Positions 12,310-26,403 of a stretch of 64,000 bases of DNA are shown here, piece after piece. Below the pieces are notes generated by a model. That model was not told the origin of the DNA. It worked only from the letters and a program-made list of their open reading frames with translations, and ran no database searches. Within the stretch, counting starts at the first letter, position 1; every line of letters begins with the position of its first letter. The stretch covers positions 34,658,001 to 34,722,000 of the forward strand of contig CM060733.1 of assembly GCA_030704615.1 (NCBI GenBank), in the 5' to 3' direction. This DNA comes from Takakia lepidozioides (lineage: Eukaryota > Plantae > Bryophyta). The translations under genes were made by a program, and so were the position numbers.

Positions 12310-13418
12310 CACTATAAGAAAAAAAAAAGGGGGGGGGGGGGGTTCTCGACGCCGCCGCGCCACGCCACGGCGTCGTAAAACAGCCCTTTTCGAGCAGGGG
12401 GGGAAGAACCAAATTTGCTACGTTTGGGCGTCGCTAGTCCGCTGCAAATATGCGACCAATGAGGGTCGCAAATATGCGAAACCGCGATTTGTGACGCCGA
12501 CGCGATTTCCGACGTCTGGACGTCGGAGGGAAAAAAAAAAAAAAACCTACTCTGCAATGCAGAATCAGCAGTCCGGGGGTCGCAAAGTGCGACGCCCGGA
12601 CGTCACAATTTAAGGGGGTACATTTGAATTTAGGCGGGAAAATTTGAATTTGGAATTTGAATTTCAAAACTTGTGGACCATTGACTCCGGTTCTGTCTAA
12701 TGGCGATATGTTCATTGTTCTACATATATTATGCAATGCATACATGAACCTAAGACCTCCACGTTATAACATTTCTAAGACATTACAAACTAACCAACAC
12801 ACCTACGCTACATCTATGTATCACAAAAATAATCTAAATATATATATACATATAAAGATTTCCTTCAAGTTCTTTCAAGTTCCTTCTAAGGGGTCTCTCT
12901 TGTGACGCCGGAGAATTGCAACCTTCACAGCCTTAGTGCCCAGCCCCAGCCCCAGCCCCAACATCGTCACCGTTGTTGTACCCCCCCACCGTCAGGCGCC
13001 CAAGTGACGTCATTGTGATGACCTAAGCTGACCACAACACCATTGTGACCCCCTGTGGCGATGCCGTTGCGACCCCCTGGCGTCGCAACGTTGGGCGTTC
13101 TAGCGCAGGGCGCCCCAGCGACGCTTTTGTGAAGTTAAGGGTCGCAAAGCCCAAAAAAAAAAAAAAAAAAAAAAACTTCCACTCTGGTGATGTGTTGCGA
13201 CGCAGAGGCGTTGGGGCGCCCTTAGTGACGCTTTTGTGACGCCGAGGCGTCGCAACGTTTTATTTTTCTTTCCCCTTCATGCCACCTTACGACGGCTGGG
13301 CGTCGTAATGGTGTCGCAGCGGGGGGGGGGGGGCGTCGCAAAAAAGCGTCGCGGGCTTAGCGCTGCGCGGGGCGTGGGGGCGCGGCTGGCGTCGCAAACC
13401 CCCCCATTTGCTGTAGTG
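12310..13418. mobile_element. Small non-autonomous CACTA element (1.1 kb)
   Basis: CACTATAAG...GGGGG..CGACGCC and GGCGTCG..CCCCC...GCTGTAGTG termini; exact 3-bp TSD TCT (12307-12309, 13419-13421); many GCGACGCC/GGCGTCGC subterminal repeats. Confidence 0.9.
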
Positions 13419-14570
13419 TCTCCACTCCCCTTTCTTTGCTTACTCGGTTAGGTTGGGTTACTCTATATTAAGGCCAACCACTTCCTTCCTATCTAGATGG
13501 TCTGAAAAGTGGAACTACCTCAATCTGACATCGGCTAACTGGGACTCGATTTGGAAAGACATCTGGAAAAAACATAGGGCAGCTAAGATCTCCGGTTTTT
13601 TGTGGAAATTGGCTCACAGGATCCTGCCAGTCAATGCTAAGACCTCGTGCAACAACTCTACTTGCAGTTTATGCTTGACACAGCCTGAGACCATCGAGCA
13701 TTGTCTGGCAGAATGCTCTTTTCCAGCCAGAGTTGGAAAGCTGTGTTCAGCTTCTACTCCAATTGGGACATCCCCCACCCCTTCCTCTTTGCTGTTGCTG
13801 AATTTCCTTCCTCCTCGCTTGCTTTCTTCATGCCCAATGTGAGACAATCTCAGGACTCTAACCTTGTGGAACCTTTGGAAGGTTAGATGTTGTTTCATGT
13901 ATGAGGGGAAACCCCCTAGGGGAAGGTCAATTCTTTTTTGTATATACCATGACCTGCTTACCGAGAGGAGGAAAGCATGGGACATATTGTGTGCAGTTGT
14001 TTCCAGATCTTTTGAAGAACAGGGCAGACAGCTCGTCAATGACTTTTAGCAATCCTGGGGCAAAACGACACTCTCGGAACTTGTCTTCCCAACATACGGT
14101 TCCGCTGGAATGTCTCCACTCCCATAGCTTGGGATGTCCCCTGGTGAGGGCAACGACGCAGACTTTAATTGGAGGCACAAAAAACCCTGCGTGACCAAGT
14201 TTGGGACCCAGCTGAGATTTTAGTGTGTAGTAGTTGTCTCTTTCCTCCACTTTTCTCCATGCTCCCTGTCTTGATTCACTCAAGCTTCTAGAATTTTTTG
14301 CTAGTTTGCTTCTCTCCTCATGCTTGTTTTTCTAGTAATATTTCTTGCTCAGGCTCATAGTATTCTCTTCATTCTCCAACTGCTCTCTACCTGCCCTCTT
14401 ACATCTCCTCTTGCTTGTAGCTAGTATGCTTCGGTTTCGGGGATTCCTCCACAGTGTGCCTCACGGCCTCCCTCGTGGTTATTTTTTCCACCCAATGTGA
14501 ACCTTTATACTTTTAATTTGATTAAAAGGGCCTCTATCCCCTTTCTCTCAAAGAAAAAAGAAAAAAGAAC
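13419..14570 (+). mobile_element. L1-type LINE 3' end: zf-RVT domain, pyrimidine-rich 3' UTR, A-rich tail
   Basis: WKDIW...KISGFLWKLAHRILPVN...CSLC...ETIEHCLAEC and LWNLWKVRC; A-rich tail at ~14550-14570. Confidence 0.85.
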
Positions 14571-17171
14571 ATTTGATTATCAACATTATTTAAATAGCTC
14601 AAGAATGTTCATCATGCAACACCTTATATGTATCCTCTGGAAATCACAAACCTCACAAACTGAAAGTCATACAACCAATATTCAGATTGATAAACACTAG
14701 GTGTGAAAGTTTCACATGGTGAATTGTCACATCTCTCCAAGTTCTTCCCGACAAACAATAGACAACTCACCCAGGGCTAGGAAGAATTTAGTAGGCGCAT
14801 GAGCCTTATATAAGAAAATAGTGCACAGGTTGCAAAAAGTTTTGTTTTCAATTCGGATGAAAAAAATTGAGGGGCAGCAAAAGGGTGTCGGGAAAAGGTG
14901 GACCAAAGGGATTGACATTTTGATGGTAAAATTTGTAGGCACATGTTTTTTTGTAATTTTACATCCTGCCAGTTCAAAAGGTTCAAATTTGACCCCCCTA
15001 CATATGCCTACAAAGCAGCCCATAGAGAATAATGTGCAAATACAGTGAAAATTTCAGGGTATGTGGGTTCACCGACCAGGTGCCGCCAAGATGTTTGATT
15101 TACTGGGACGGAAACACTGTAAGGTCAACTCTAGCATCTGACACTCCGGTGGATTGAAATCAGGAGTCCCACATGTAAAAGCCTCTCACACATCATCGAT
15201 AACCCCTGCTAACTCAACCACTAGTGGGTGTAGATGATTTATCGATGGTTGATTTAATGGGCAAATAGTATGCGGAGGTGTATCAAATGCCCATCTCGTC
15301 ATCCCACTTGTTCATCAAATATTCTCTGTAGATTTTTAGATCCTTTGAAATTATTTTGAACCTTCGATCTATTCGGCATTTGGTAAAGGTAGGAAGGCCT
15401 ATGACCATGTCCTCAATAAATCAACTTACTTATTGGCATCGGTAGGGACCTATGTCGTTGTCACCACCTATTCTAGAGGTGCCACAAAAGTTGTTGCCAC
15501 CTACCTATTGGCCAGGGCAGGTACGCCACGTTATTTTCGTGACCTGGCCCTGGGTAGAATACGCAGGTGGCCGCTTGCGCTACTTTTGAAAAATAAGAAA
15601 CAAAATGCCCTTCAATAATCATCAATAAGGCTCAAAAAGGGCTTCCTCCGCTGTTCCCAACAAAAACAAAAAAAAAAAGGGGGAAAAAAATGCTGCCTAA
15701 ACCTAATGTGAAATTTGGGTGGGGGCGATTTGTATAGGAGATGGGTCTCTCTTGAGGCCCTTCTCCGGCGTAAAGAACCATGATATTTTGAGTACCTTCC
15801 AGAGCCCCCGTAAGGTATTTTGCCAGCGTGGCAAGGTCCTTACGGAGGCTGGAAGGTATAGTGCAAATCTTCTGCCCTATCTGACCTAAAAATGAACTAA
15901 GAAAAATATCACGGTTCTTTACGAATGTCCAAGTCAAAAGTAAAAAAAAGAAAAAAAAAAAGGTAGTAAGTAGTGAAAAGTAGTGAAAACTCTATAGTGT
16001 AGTAAAGTTGACCAAACAACCCCTCAACATCCACCCGTGGATGTTTTCTGATTCTCATGCAAATTTGTCAGCAGGGATTAGATCTTGAGTGGTCACTATT
16101 TTCGTTTTCTGGATAAGTATTTTTGTGCTGGGACCGCACAGCACTACAAAGTCAACAAAAAGGAAAAGGCCTCACACATAATTATTGAGTACCCTAAACC
16201 TTCCTTTGTTACATCCGTTACCTTTTCAGACATGAAGTCTTCATCCTACAGGAGGAGGACGTACCTTACGTGAGGCGTAAGACTTCTAGGGCCTTATGGA
16301 ATGAGTAAGGTGACAATTTTTCTGGAGGGTGGGGCAATGAGGAGGGCAGGTTGGTTTTTATGCTGGTGAGGGGCAGCTGACTCGGTCCTTCCACGGCTTT
16401 GGAACACATGAATTCTGGCTGCCGCCCTTGCGTGCGTGAGCCTCGGTTCATGTTTGAAAATGGGCGGAAGGGCCTCATTGCCCTATACTTGAATATTTCA
16501 ACCACACTCATAGCAACACAGGTTGCTAGCCCAACACATTTAAGGGATTCCATTCACAATTCCAAAGGGTACCTTCCAGGGGACACAGGACAGGGGACAG
16601 AGGCCTGGAAAGCCTGGAAAGGCCTTTGGAAGGGACTGAGGCCCTGGAATTTTTTTTAATTGTGGGGAAAAAAATAAAACCCCTGGGACACCATGAGGCC
16701 ACACCCGGTAGTCAGTGAAGGGGAACCGATCCTCTACCCTTTTTGAAGGAGTGAAATACCATTCCCTCTTATATATAGTGCTAGGGTGGGGGTACTGCTA
16801 AATTTCGCCCTAAACTATGACGAGATCCTTAGTGTAGATAGCAGTAGTTAGAGCTAAAATATCTGGAGCAGGGCAGTGCAGGCTAGCACTAGCATACCAG
16901 TGGGCGGGGCCTTTAGTTGAAGTAGCACTAGCCACAGAAGACTTTGACCAAAGCCAGCGTAACTGATCTTTTCGCTACTTTTCCTTTCGAAGGTCTCGTG
17001 TGTCTTACGTGAGCATGCAGTAGGTGGGTGTGTATCCATGGCTTCCTTCAGCCTTGGTGTGAGTTATGTCATGGTGTTATGGATTCAATGTTTTCTTCGT
17101 CTGCTAGTGATCTCGGGGTCTTTTGACCTTGGCACGGGAAGTGGGCTTGTAAAGGAAGTCGAGATGTGAAG

Positions 17172-20100
17172 ATGGAGGCGGGGACAAGGTTTCAACTCCG
17201 CAGAAGCATGCGGGTTCCGCTGTCCCTGATCACAGTGGGAGTGGGATTGATGATTGCATTGCTATTGGCGTGTCACGGACATGGGCCCAACAAGCTGGTT
17301 TGTTCTTCATCCCGCTTTCCTAAAACTGAGCTAGACTCCAGAAAGTTCTAGAAATGTAATACAGCACTCAAGTGTCATCAATTAGTGAGAATTGGACTAT
17401 GATCTGTAATGCTGATATTGAGCCTCAGAGGCAAACAGATTTGGCGGATTATTGGGCTTTTTTTTGAAGCAATTCAAGCAGTTCATCTGGTATGATCACT
17501 GCATGATGTGACCACTGATCAGGCCCTCGTGGAAATCAAAAGGAGTAGTAAAATGTGCGTGCGATTGTGGGCTGAATTTCAGAGTTTATCAGCATCGACT
17601 GTGGAGCCAGTCAAGCATATGTCGATCCTGTGACTAACATCTCCTGGGTCCCTGATGATGGCTACATTGCAACCGGGAAAAATTGAAAAACGTTATGGGC
17701 AGTAATGACACCACTCTTCAGACTCTTCGATACTTCCCCGAGTCGCGGGGGAAGGACTGCTATATTTGCAGCCTGTACAGGCAGACAACACTTACTTGAT
17801 TCGTGCAACATTCTCATATGGTTCATACGACGGCCTCCCACCTCCCACCTTTTACCTTGACATAGAGGCGAGCAGGAGGAGCACATTGACCTTCAACAAG
17901 AGCGGTGACTGGGTGTAACTCGAAACAATTATTCTTGCCACAAACAACAGCATTTTCGTCTGTCTTTCCCGCATATCACCGTCAGAGACCCCTTTCATTT
18001 CTTCCCTGGAGTTGCGCCCTATATTTGCAATGAACAGTAGCTACTTGTTCGAAGGTATATCTCCCGGGATCAGTACTTGTATGGCCACGGTAGTGGACCT
18101 CGGAGCTGATGCAAACACAGTTGTAAGGTCAGTATTTTCTTAACCTCATGAAACAAGGGTAGAGGTAGGGCATCCTCATTTTCCTCTGGTTAGAATTGCA
18201 AATGAATATCCGCAACTTGTAGGCCTAGTTATAGAGACTGTCGCGAGGGGTCTCCAAGGCTATAATGGGGCTAGAATGCGGTCCATGGATAGGACTTCAG
18301 GAAAATAAGGTAGCGTGCACCACTTCTGCAGGATCAGTGTACCTAGGAAAGGCAGAAATTCGCACATATTTCTAGGTTTGGATTCATATAAGATGTCCAA
18401 GGCACAAATGGCTCAACCACAGTTTTTGAAATTCAGTCCCGAGTCTCTTGGATCATGGACCTTATGCCTCGTTTGTACTGCATGTCACCAGGTATCCTGA
18501 CGACCTTTACGATCGCAAGTGGCGTGGTTCGGGGCGCACAGGGTCCAATTATGAATTTCTCAGCACATCCCATGTAGTGAATGTAGCTGATCTTCTTCAA
18601 AATCCACCCACGACCGTCATGCAAACTGCCATAACCTGTTCTCGGGACAAAAGTTTCAATTTCAGCTTTCCGGATTCAAATTATCAAGCAAACTCTTTCT
18701 ACAATATCCTTTTCTACTTTGCTGAGATACAACAGTTGTCAAGCAACGAGTCACGTTACTTTGACTTCTGTACTCACATACTGACGAATGACGCATTATA
18801 CGGTACTTGTATCAATGCATACACTGTTTCTGATAGTGTCGAAGCTATTCACAACTCTCATATCATCATCTCACCCAACAAGCCCATGAATGACCAGTCG
18901 TATTTCAGCTTCGTTCCAGATTCTAACTCGACTCTGGGTCCCATTCTGAATGCCGCCGAAATTTATGAGATTTCTCAATCTGTTTCTCCGAGGACATACT
19001 ATGCAGATGGTAAGTGATCGTCGAAAGTTCTGTGCAGCGGTTTAATTCGGCTGGAAACCCAAGCAAACGGTGATTCAAATGAAAATGAAGATGTGATAAG
19101 GATTGAGGAAGCTTGATTATCTTTAGCGGGTTGATGTCTTTTTGTCGGTTCTGGAACGTTCCTTGTACATCTTTGGATCTCGAGGGTTGGGGATTAACAT
19201 TTTCATGGCTCCTACTCATCGGAACATGCGTGTGGAATGGATCTTGCAGAAAACGTGATTGACATTGTCAAGATAGCCTTCAATCTGACCGATTGGACTG
19301 GGGATCCTTGCTCGCCAACTCCGTATGATTGGATAGCTTGTACTTCTGACACGCTCCCAGAGTCTATACTCTGTAAGCAGCCTAATTGTTTTTCTGCTGT
19401 TGATTGTATCTGAAAACTACAAATCGTACATCATGTATGTCTATGCTGGTTAGATATCACGGTCCACTGTAACGAACCCTGGGCATATGAAAGGGGACCG
19501 TCTTGTGTGTAACATAGTGTGAACTCGTCTTGTTTTTCGAGACCTTTGGATCAAGGGAATTAAGGGATTTCAACGATTTTATTGCCTCTTGAATCCACAG
19601 GAAGGTCTCAACCATGAATCTGACTGGGTCCATACCCTTGGAGATTGGAAAGCTTTCCGCTCTAAATGCCTTGTAAGCATTTTCTACCTCAAATTCTCGA
19701 ATGTGTGCTTGATACTAGGACTCAATATCGAGTACTCGTCATACAGCAGCACTAGGTAGCTGCTCTATCCCAGAAACCTCCTCAAAATGCCTCTCGTAGT
19801 TGACTGTAGGTACCTTTAAGGGTATTGTGGTGGGCGATGGTTGTTGCAGGGTACTGTAGTTTTCCCAGGTGTTGCTCTATACAGTCCCATTGGAAGATTC
19901 AATTAAGGTCAGGAAACATGAATTATACCATGTGGAAGAAGTACGTGCTGATGCAGCTGATACCAAAACCTTCCATTTCCAAAAAGTCGCTTCCTTTGCA
20001 AACCAAGTGCTCATTCTTATCGTAGTAGTTGTTCGTTCTTTGAGGTTCATGTATTAATTTGAACCAATCTGTATTTGCATACAGTTCTACAGTTGAGCAG

Positions 20101-23100
20101 CTGTAGGAGATCAAGCGAATGCTTTAATCTACATAGATAGTATCCATATGCTGCATGGCTCAAAGTATGTGGCAGACGGATTTCTTTCACGTTTGGTCTT
20201 TCCGGTGCACCTCGATACATGTGACTTTCTGGTCTTTAGTAAGTATTATCAGTAGAAGATTGAGGTGTGGAGTTCAGGTGGTTGGATAACAACACAATAT
20301 CAGGGAGCATACCGGAGCAGCTGAGTGAACTGACAAATCTCCAGCAACTGTGAGTTCTCTGCCTGCCATCTATCGCATCTGCGTGCAAGGAACTGGGTTG
20401 CACGTAGGAACCATTTTCACCAGTTGGTCAGCACTGTACTCTGCTAGAGGTATGATTAACTGCAGAAAATCTAGTGGTTCAGAATCCTTTGATAATTAAG
20501 CCACTCTTAATTAGATCCTTTGTGTTTGGTGTTTAGGCGGCTGGAAAACAACAAACTAACAGGGAGCATTCCGGAGCAGCTGAGTCAATTGACAAATCTC
20601 CAACAACTGTGAGTTCTTTGTCATGAGCTATCAGATGAGATTCTCCCGAAAGTACCTCTTTGCTCCGGGCTATTGTCTACAAAATGTTATTGGCGAGTAA
20701 TATGCGTTGAGGATCAGGAACTGAAAGTAAAAGTTGGGACTTACATCACCTTTTGTCTTGGGATTTTGACTATTTTGAACGTCTAGCTGAACATATGTCT
20801 ACTTCATCGGGTGCCCATTTCAATCTTGAAGATCCCGGAAGATTCTGCAGTCTCCCTCAATGATTCGGCTGCCTATATAATTCGGAAATCAATTTGGCAC
20901 AGTATGCTTGAGCAGCTTCCTAATTAATTTGGAAATGATATCCAGGTTCCTCTCCAGCATATGTAGTTTGTGGCTGCTTCGGACATGAAAAAAGAGAAAT
21001 TAGGAAACAAACGATACTTTGTAACCTCTGCTGGAAGCTCAAAGAGCTTATGGGACAAGTGAAAGCATGAAACAAGAAAGAGAGCGGGGCCTCTAGATAC
21101 AACTACTAAACTGATGGATTGTCTAAGGGTCATAAACGCCTCATGCACATGCTGCTAAGAATTTCATATTCTCAAAATGAGACACCTAAGCTACAGTGCC
21201 GGATAGACAATAGTATCTCCCACGGACCACATTGTAGTAAGTTGAACTTTTTCCGAAGCAAGGCTGAGCAGGGGTACAGATGGACGTTTATGTTTGTGTT
21301 CTTCGGTGACCCTTCTGCTAAGATCTGATAAACATGTAAGGTGCCTGTTGGATGGTGGACAGATTTTTGCAAAACAACAACCTGAGTGGAGACATTCCCC
21401 AAGCTCTTATCAACAAAGCAACTTGAAGTTGGAGTAAATTTTTCCACTGGTCATGTTACCTGGTGTCGAATTTCATTTTCAATGTTTCAATACTTCCTAA
21501 TAGATTCCCGTTTTGAACCTTTGATTTGTAGTAGTTGCAGCAGACCAGTTATTGCCTTCTCTATGCAGACCCTTTGATGTCAAGCCTGTGGTTTGTTGGA
21601 CAGGTGTCGTAACAAAGCTAATTGTTGGCTAGATTGTGTATCTTAAGGCCTCGCTTTTCTCGATGGGTTTTGATAGAGTACTAATTGCTTGTACAATTTT
21701 CACGAGTAGGAGCAAGGTAATCACTAATAGAAGATGTTTCTATAATTTCTAAGATGTTTGTTATTGAAACATCATCTATCTATCTATCTATCTATAGATC
21801 TATCATCTATCTTTCATCACATGTATCTTAGAATAGAAACATCATCATATGTTTTGATATTGCAGATCTTTCTTAACGCCCCTTACAAAGTCCAGGAAGC
21901 CTCTGAATCTGGCCGAGTAGTCCCTCGATCTATGAAGTAGTTTCCAGAACTGTTAGTAGCCCTAAAGATCAGATTTATGCTCTTGTCCCAGGCTTGTCCC
22001 TTGCTGGTCAAGAGCATATGTGTAGACCCACTACAGACTAGATCGTTATCCAAAGACAGTTAAGTGCTGTGAGCTGCTTAGAACGAGAACAAGGCAATGA
22101 TCTATATATCGCTTGGAAAATTTAGTTTAGAAACTTGACGGTTTGCGCCTGTTCTATTATTGCAGATCGTTCTAATAAGGGTTTGAGGCGGTGTCTGGTG
22201 TTTAGATCTCTCTAAGAAATCTTTGAGCTGTCCTGGAAAAGAATGTTTCCCAAAGTGAGTAAGAAAACTTGGCCCTCCAGGAGAACACCCTGCAGCAGCA
22301 ACGGCCGAAGCCGTGGTTAAGTCATTGTTTTCATGTGGGTGCAGGACCTTCGGGAATCTACTCCTGTGTACGACGTCCCAGCCGTGCCCTGCACTCCGCC
22401 CCGCATCCCCAGGGAAAAGAGCAACCTGGGCATCATTATCGGTTGTGTCATTGCAGGGGCCATAGTAGTAGCCGGCGCAGTTACAGGATTGATATACTGG
22501 CGCTGCTGCTGTGTCGGCCAACATTCGAGCCCCAAGCGTGAAAACAAGCTGCCAGGTCTGTATATGTGAACTCTCTGAAGTTCTGAGATGTAGCAGATCA
22601 GATCCGATCCGAGTAAACACTAGTTCTCCGACCTAGTTTCAAAGAGCTGTCGCGCTCAGTCAGCCAGCTATTATTCAGAGACTACATTAAAGTGCACTGT
22701 ATGGTATGCTGCATGCTAGCAGATGTCCACTTTTGTGAGGTTAAGGTAAATGCCGTTCAATTCCTGATGGTGACTCCCGGCAGTTCATATTAGTTCTTCA
22801 GACGTATGAACTTTCGGAGGAAATCTGTTTTCAGCCTGCGAGATGAGGCTTAGATAGTCACCTATTGAATGCGTGTAGTGGTTCACTAAAATTGGAACAT
22901 ACATGACACAAAACTCCACACAGAAAACAGTGAAGAGTGCAATGAAGAAAAGTACTATAGAGCCAAGTAATACAATACTACTGGACCTTCCTCTGTCACT
23001 TGACGCACCACTTCACACTTGCTGCTGACAAAGCTGGAACCCTGCAGCAGGCTTGCTTAACACTAAGGACCTGTGTAGGCTGGCTAACATATAACAATCA

Positions 23101-26100
23101 AGAGAGATGGAGATCGCTCCGCACCAGCACCTGTATGTAAAGAGCTGCAGGACTGCTTCTCCCATCCTGCCTCATAGTATTGCTGATTTATAGGAGTCCT
23201 AGTTAAATCACCGCTAGTAGTGGTGCCCTCCTATTAAGCTGGCACTGATCTAGAGAGCAGATCTAGAGAGAGCAGTGACGTGTTGGTGTTGCCGAGAACA
23301 GGCCATTCAACTGCATAACCTGCTGAAAGTCACGTCTTCATGAGTCTAGTTAGACTTTTTGCTCTGAATGGACTCTGAATGGACTATTAGTCATAAAATA
23401 TGTACTTGTTACTATGCGCAAGAACAAACCACAGCTATAGTTTCTGAATCTAGATCCATTTTGATTAAAGTCGGAAATCCCTTGAGAGTACACAAAGTTG
23501 TTCAGGATAATATGAGTCAGGACATCTTCAATAATTAATGGGGAAGCGCTTGAATAGGTACAGAAGGAGATGCCTCATGTTTGAGACAGAAGCGAGCACA
23601 CGAATTTTCTTTTCACCAGGTGAAAATTGCTACCGACAACTTTAGGAGGAAAATTGGAAAAGGAGGTTTTGGCCCAGTGTTCTATGGCAAGCTTCCTCAT
23701 GGACAAGAGGTGGCAGTCAAAAAATTGGACGTCAAGTCTCAACAAGGGATGAAAGAGTTCTTCAATGAGGTTCAATACTGACAGCCCAATGTTTAATGTA
23801 CACTGTATACACTTCACGTATTGCTTGTCTGCTTTTCGGAGTTTTTCGTCGTCATGTAATAGAATCTATGTACTACGCAATACTTCCCAAATTGTGCACA
23901 AACTTTGTAACATATATTTTATATAGCTGAGAAAAGACACACGAAATTACTTCTCATTGACTCAGTTAACTTACTAGTCTCTGCAAACATTCATATCCAG
24001 GACTTAATGCACAGTTTACTCTGGCCAGTTTGGATGCTTACGCTGCTATCGAGCCAATGGTTTTGAATAGCAGCTCTAGGTGATTTTAAAAATTTAACAG
24101 GATTTCCACTGCATCTGTGACCGCATTATGTATCAGGTCGACCTTCTCTCCAGAGCGCGCCACAAAAACCTCGTGTCATTAATTGGGTACTGCCAAGAGA
24201 ACAGCCAGCGAATGTTGATCTATGAGTATCTTCCGATGGGCGACCCGGAAACATCTCTATGGTGTGAATTCTGACTTCCTAAAGGGAATGTATAAAGTCA
24301 TTTCACGCTCGGACGCTAGAGTAGAGTGCAGTACGGCTATACTCAGAGATACATGTATAATATCCCTCCTCCATCGACATGGTGGAAAGTGGTTGATATA
24401 TGTAGATCTATGGCCTTACTTTACTAATCCTACTAATTATTTGAGAGGTAAAAAAAACCTGTTGATCAGGCTTATATTGTATCACTGCAATGCACTAAGG
24501 TTGATCTTTTCTCCTAAAGGATATAATCTAGTTTGTATCTGTAGACCTTCTCAATCTTATAACCACTGGCCGGTCATGGATTCACTGTACCTCTAATGTA
24601 GTACATTGACTAGAGCGTTTAGTATGACCCAGGGCTTACATATTTTCTTGACAACTTCACCCAGTACCCCCATGTGTATATAGACACACATGCAGTACAC
24701 AAGGGTTCATTTTTAAGACAACCTCCCCCACCAATTCTGTGGGTATAATCCACACTCACCTCAAGCACGATGTTAGATTTTTGGTTATATGGTATGATTC
24801 CCATGCTATATAGATTTAGAAACCTGGATCAAACAAGATTTTTAAGACTTAAAAAACCCTCTTTGTTGTCAAATAGGCACAGGTCCAGAAATGCCAATCG
24901 CAAGTGATCAGCCTGCACTTGACTGGAAAACGCGCCTAAATATTGTATTCAATGCAGCACAAGGTAACAATTTTTCGCTTTCATTCTAGACTTCTAACTT
25001 TTTTTCCTGAATGTTGTTTAAATTTCAGATTTCATGGGGCTATACTTGGATTACTCTTTTGTCATTCTATGACACTCGTGTCATAGAATACATACTATAT
25101 AGGCTCATAGAAATGGCTCTGATGTAGTCTAATTGGGCGCACAGGGTTAGAGTATCTGCACACAGGTTGCAGTCCGAACATCATTCACCGTGATGTGAAG
25201 AGCAACAACATTTTGCTTACGAACAAGATGGTAGCTAAAGTTGCTGATTTCGGACTCTCCAAGTTGGCAGAGGAGGGGGTCAGTCACGTATCCACCTTCG
25301 TTAAGGGCACTCTCGGTTACCTCGATCCTGAGTACGTGCATTCCTCGTACATTCCTAACCAACTTATAATACTGTCTAATATATGTCTACTTCAATTTCC
25401 TCAAATGAGCGTCAAATGGGGTTTTGGACGGGTTCTACTGCAGCTTTTTTATCGTGCTATAGACATCTACAGGTCGCCTAGGTCAATGGCTGGTAGATAA
25501 TTAGTAGCTAACTGCTCTCATTAAGCAATATGCAATCCCTTGCATGACATTAAAACTGTAACAGGTATTTCTCAACTTTAAAGTTGACAGGAAAGAGCGA
25601 CGTTTACAGCTTTGGCGTTGTGTTGTTGGAGATTATCTCCGGCCGACCACCTATTAACTACCGGGCTGTCGACTCTAAAGTAATCCTAGTCGATTGGGTA
25701 AGTTAATGCAGTTAATGTAACCTGCCTTTGTTGAGATTCAGCCACTTCATTTGAAGTGTTAAAATGCCCAGCTATACCAGAATGTATGTTTCAATATATT
25801 CATGATTTCATCATTCCATGATTGCGACTCTATTGTCTACTTGCCTTTCCGGTTAGCCATCGATTCCTAGTCAGATTGAGTTCAGTGGTTTGTGACATCT
25901 TGGACTTAGTGGGCCTAGAGGAGACTGAAACGATCTCGCGACAATGATCACCCTTACTTCTCTAGTTTCGGCGTTCGCATACTTTGGCAAGCACTTGTTA
26001 CTCCTTTCGCTCAAACATAAATTCTTGCAAGCAGAATGTATCCTAATCAGGACAGCTTCAAGAGATTGTGGACCCAAAACTGGGTCAAAATTTCAACGTG

Positions 26101-26403
26101 ACGGGTATGCGGAAGGTTGTAGAGTTGGCACTAAATAGTTTGGAACCCATAGGCCTCCGCAGGCCAACAATGAGAGAAGTGGTACAGGGTCTAGGGGATG
26201 CAATGGCGTTGGAATATCTTGGGGATCCATCTCCAGAAATGTCTGCCACCTCGTCAAGCTTGTCTGACCCCCATCCAACAGCTGTTGGGAACGGAGAACT
26301 TAGCAGCTTGCAATCCAGTGCAGAATTTTCACAGAGATTACTTCATATGCCCCCGATGATATTCATGAAATCCTTTCGAATCCCAGTGCGAGGTAGATGG
26401 TGA
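17172..26403 (+). pseudogene. Malectin-like/LRR receptor-like kinase (LRR-I type), multi-exon, disabled
   Basis: Signal-peptide exon 17172-17297; FISIDCG exon from 17583 with in-frame TGA at 17684; PFISSLELRP; YPDDLYDRKW...LGPILNAAEIY (18492-19009); WTGDPC exon ~19250-19372; three 72-bp LRR exons (19601-19672, 20278-20349, 20537-20608); TM LGIIIGCVIAGAIVVAGAVTGLIYW (~22425-22500); kinase exons GKGGFG/VAVK (~23563-23769), ~24137-24261 (frameshifted), ~24883-24963, HRDVK/DFG (25145-25332), KSDVYSFG (25565-25697), RRPTM (~26030-26403); GT-AG boundaries. Confidence 0.92.
19889..19958 (+). repeat. 70-bp exact copy of Gypsy pol 1928-1997 inside an RLK intron
   Basis: ATTGGAAGATTCAATTAAGG...GCTGATGCAGCT is identical at both sites; the flanks are unrelated. 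Confidence 0.95.

Noticed and set aside
14950-15121. Tc1/mariner-like terminus (TACAGTGTTTCCGTCCCAG on the minus strand)
   Set aside because: No matching opposite TIR was found.
22863-23312. Possible solo LTR in an RLK intron (TTGAATG...CATTCAA)
   Set aside because: It lacks TG/CA termini and a convincing TSD, and there is no second copy in the window.
17172-26403. Assigning SYMRK or IOS1 as gene symbol
   Set aside because: The malectin-GDPC-LRR-kinase architecture is shared by the whole subfamily; orthology needs a phylogeny.
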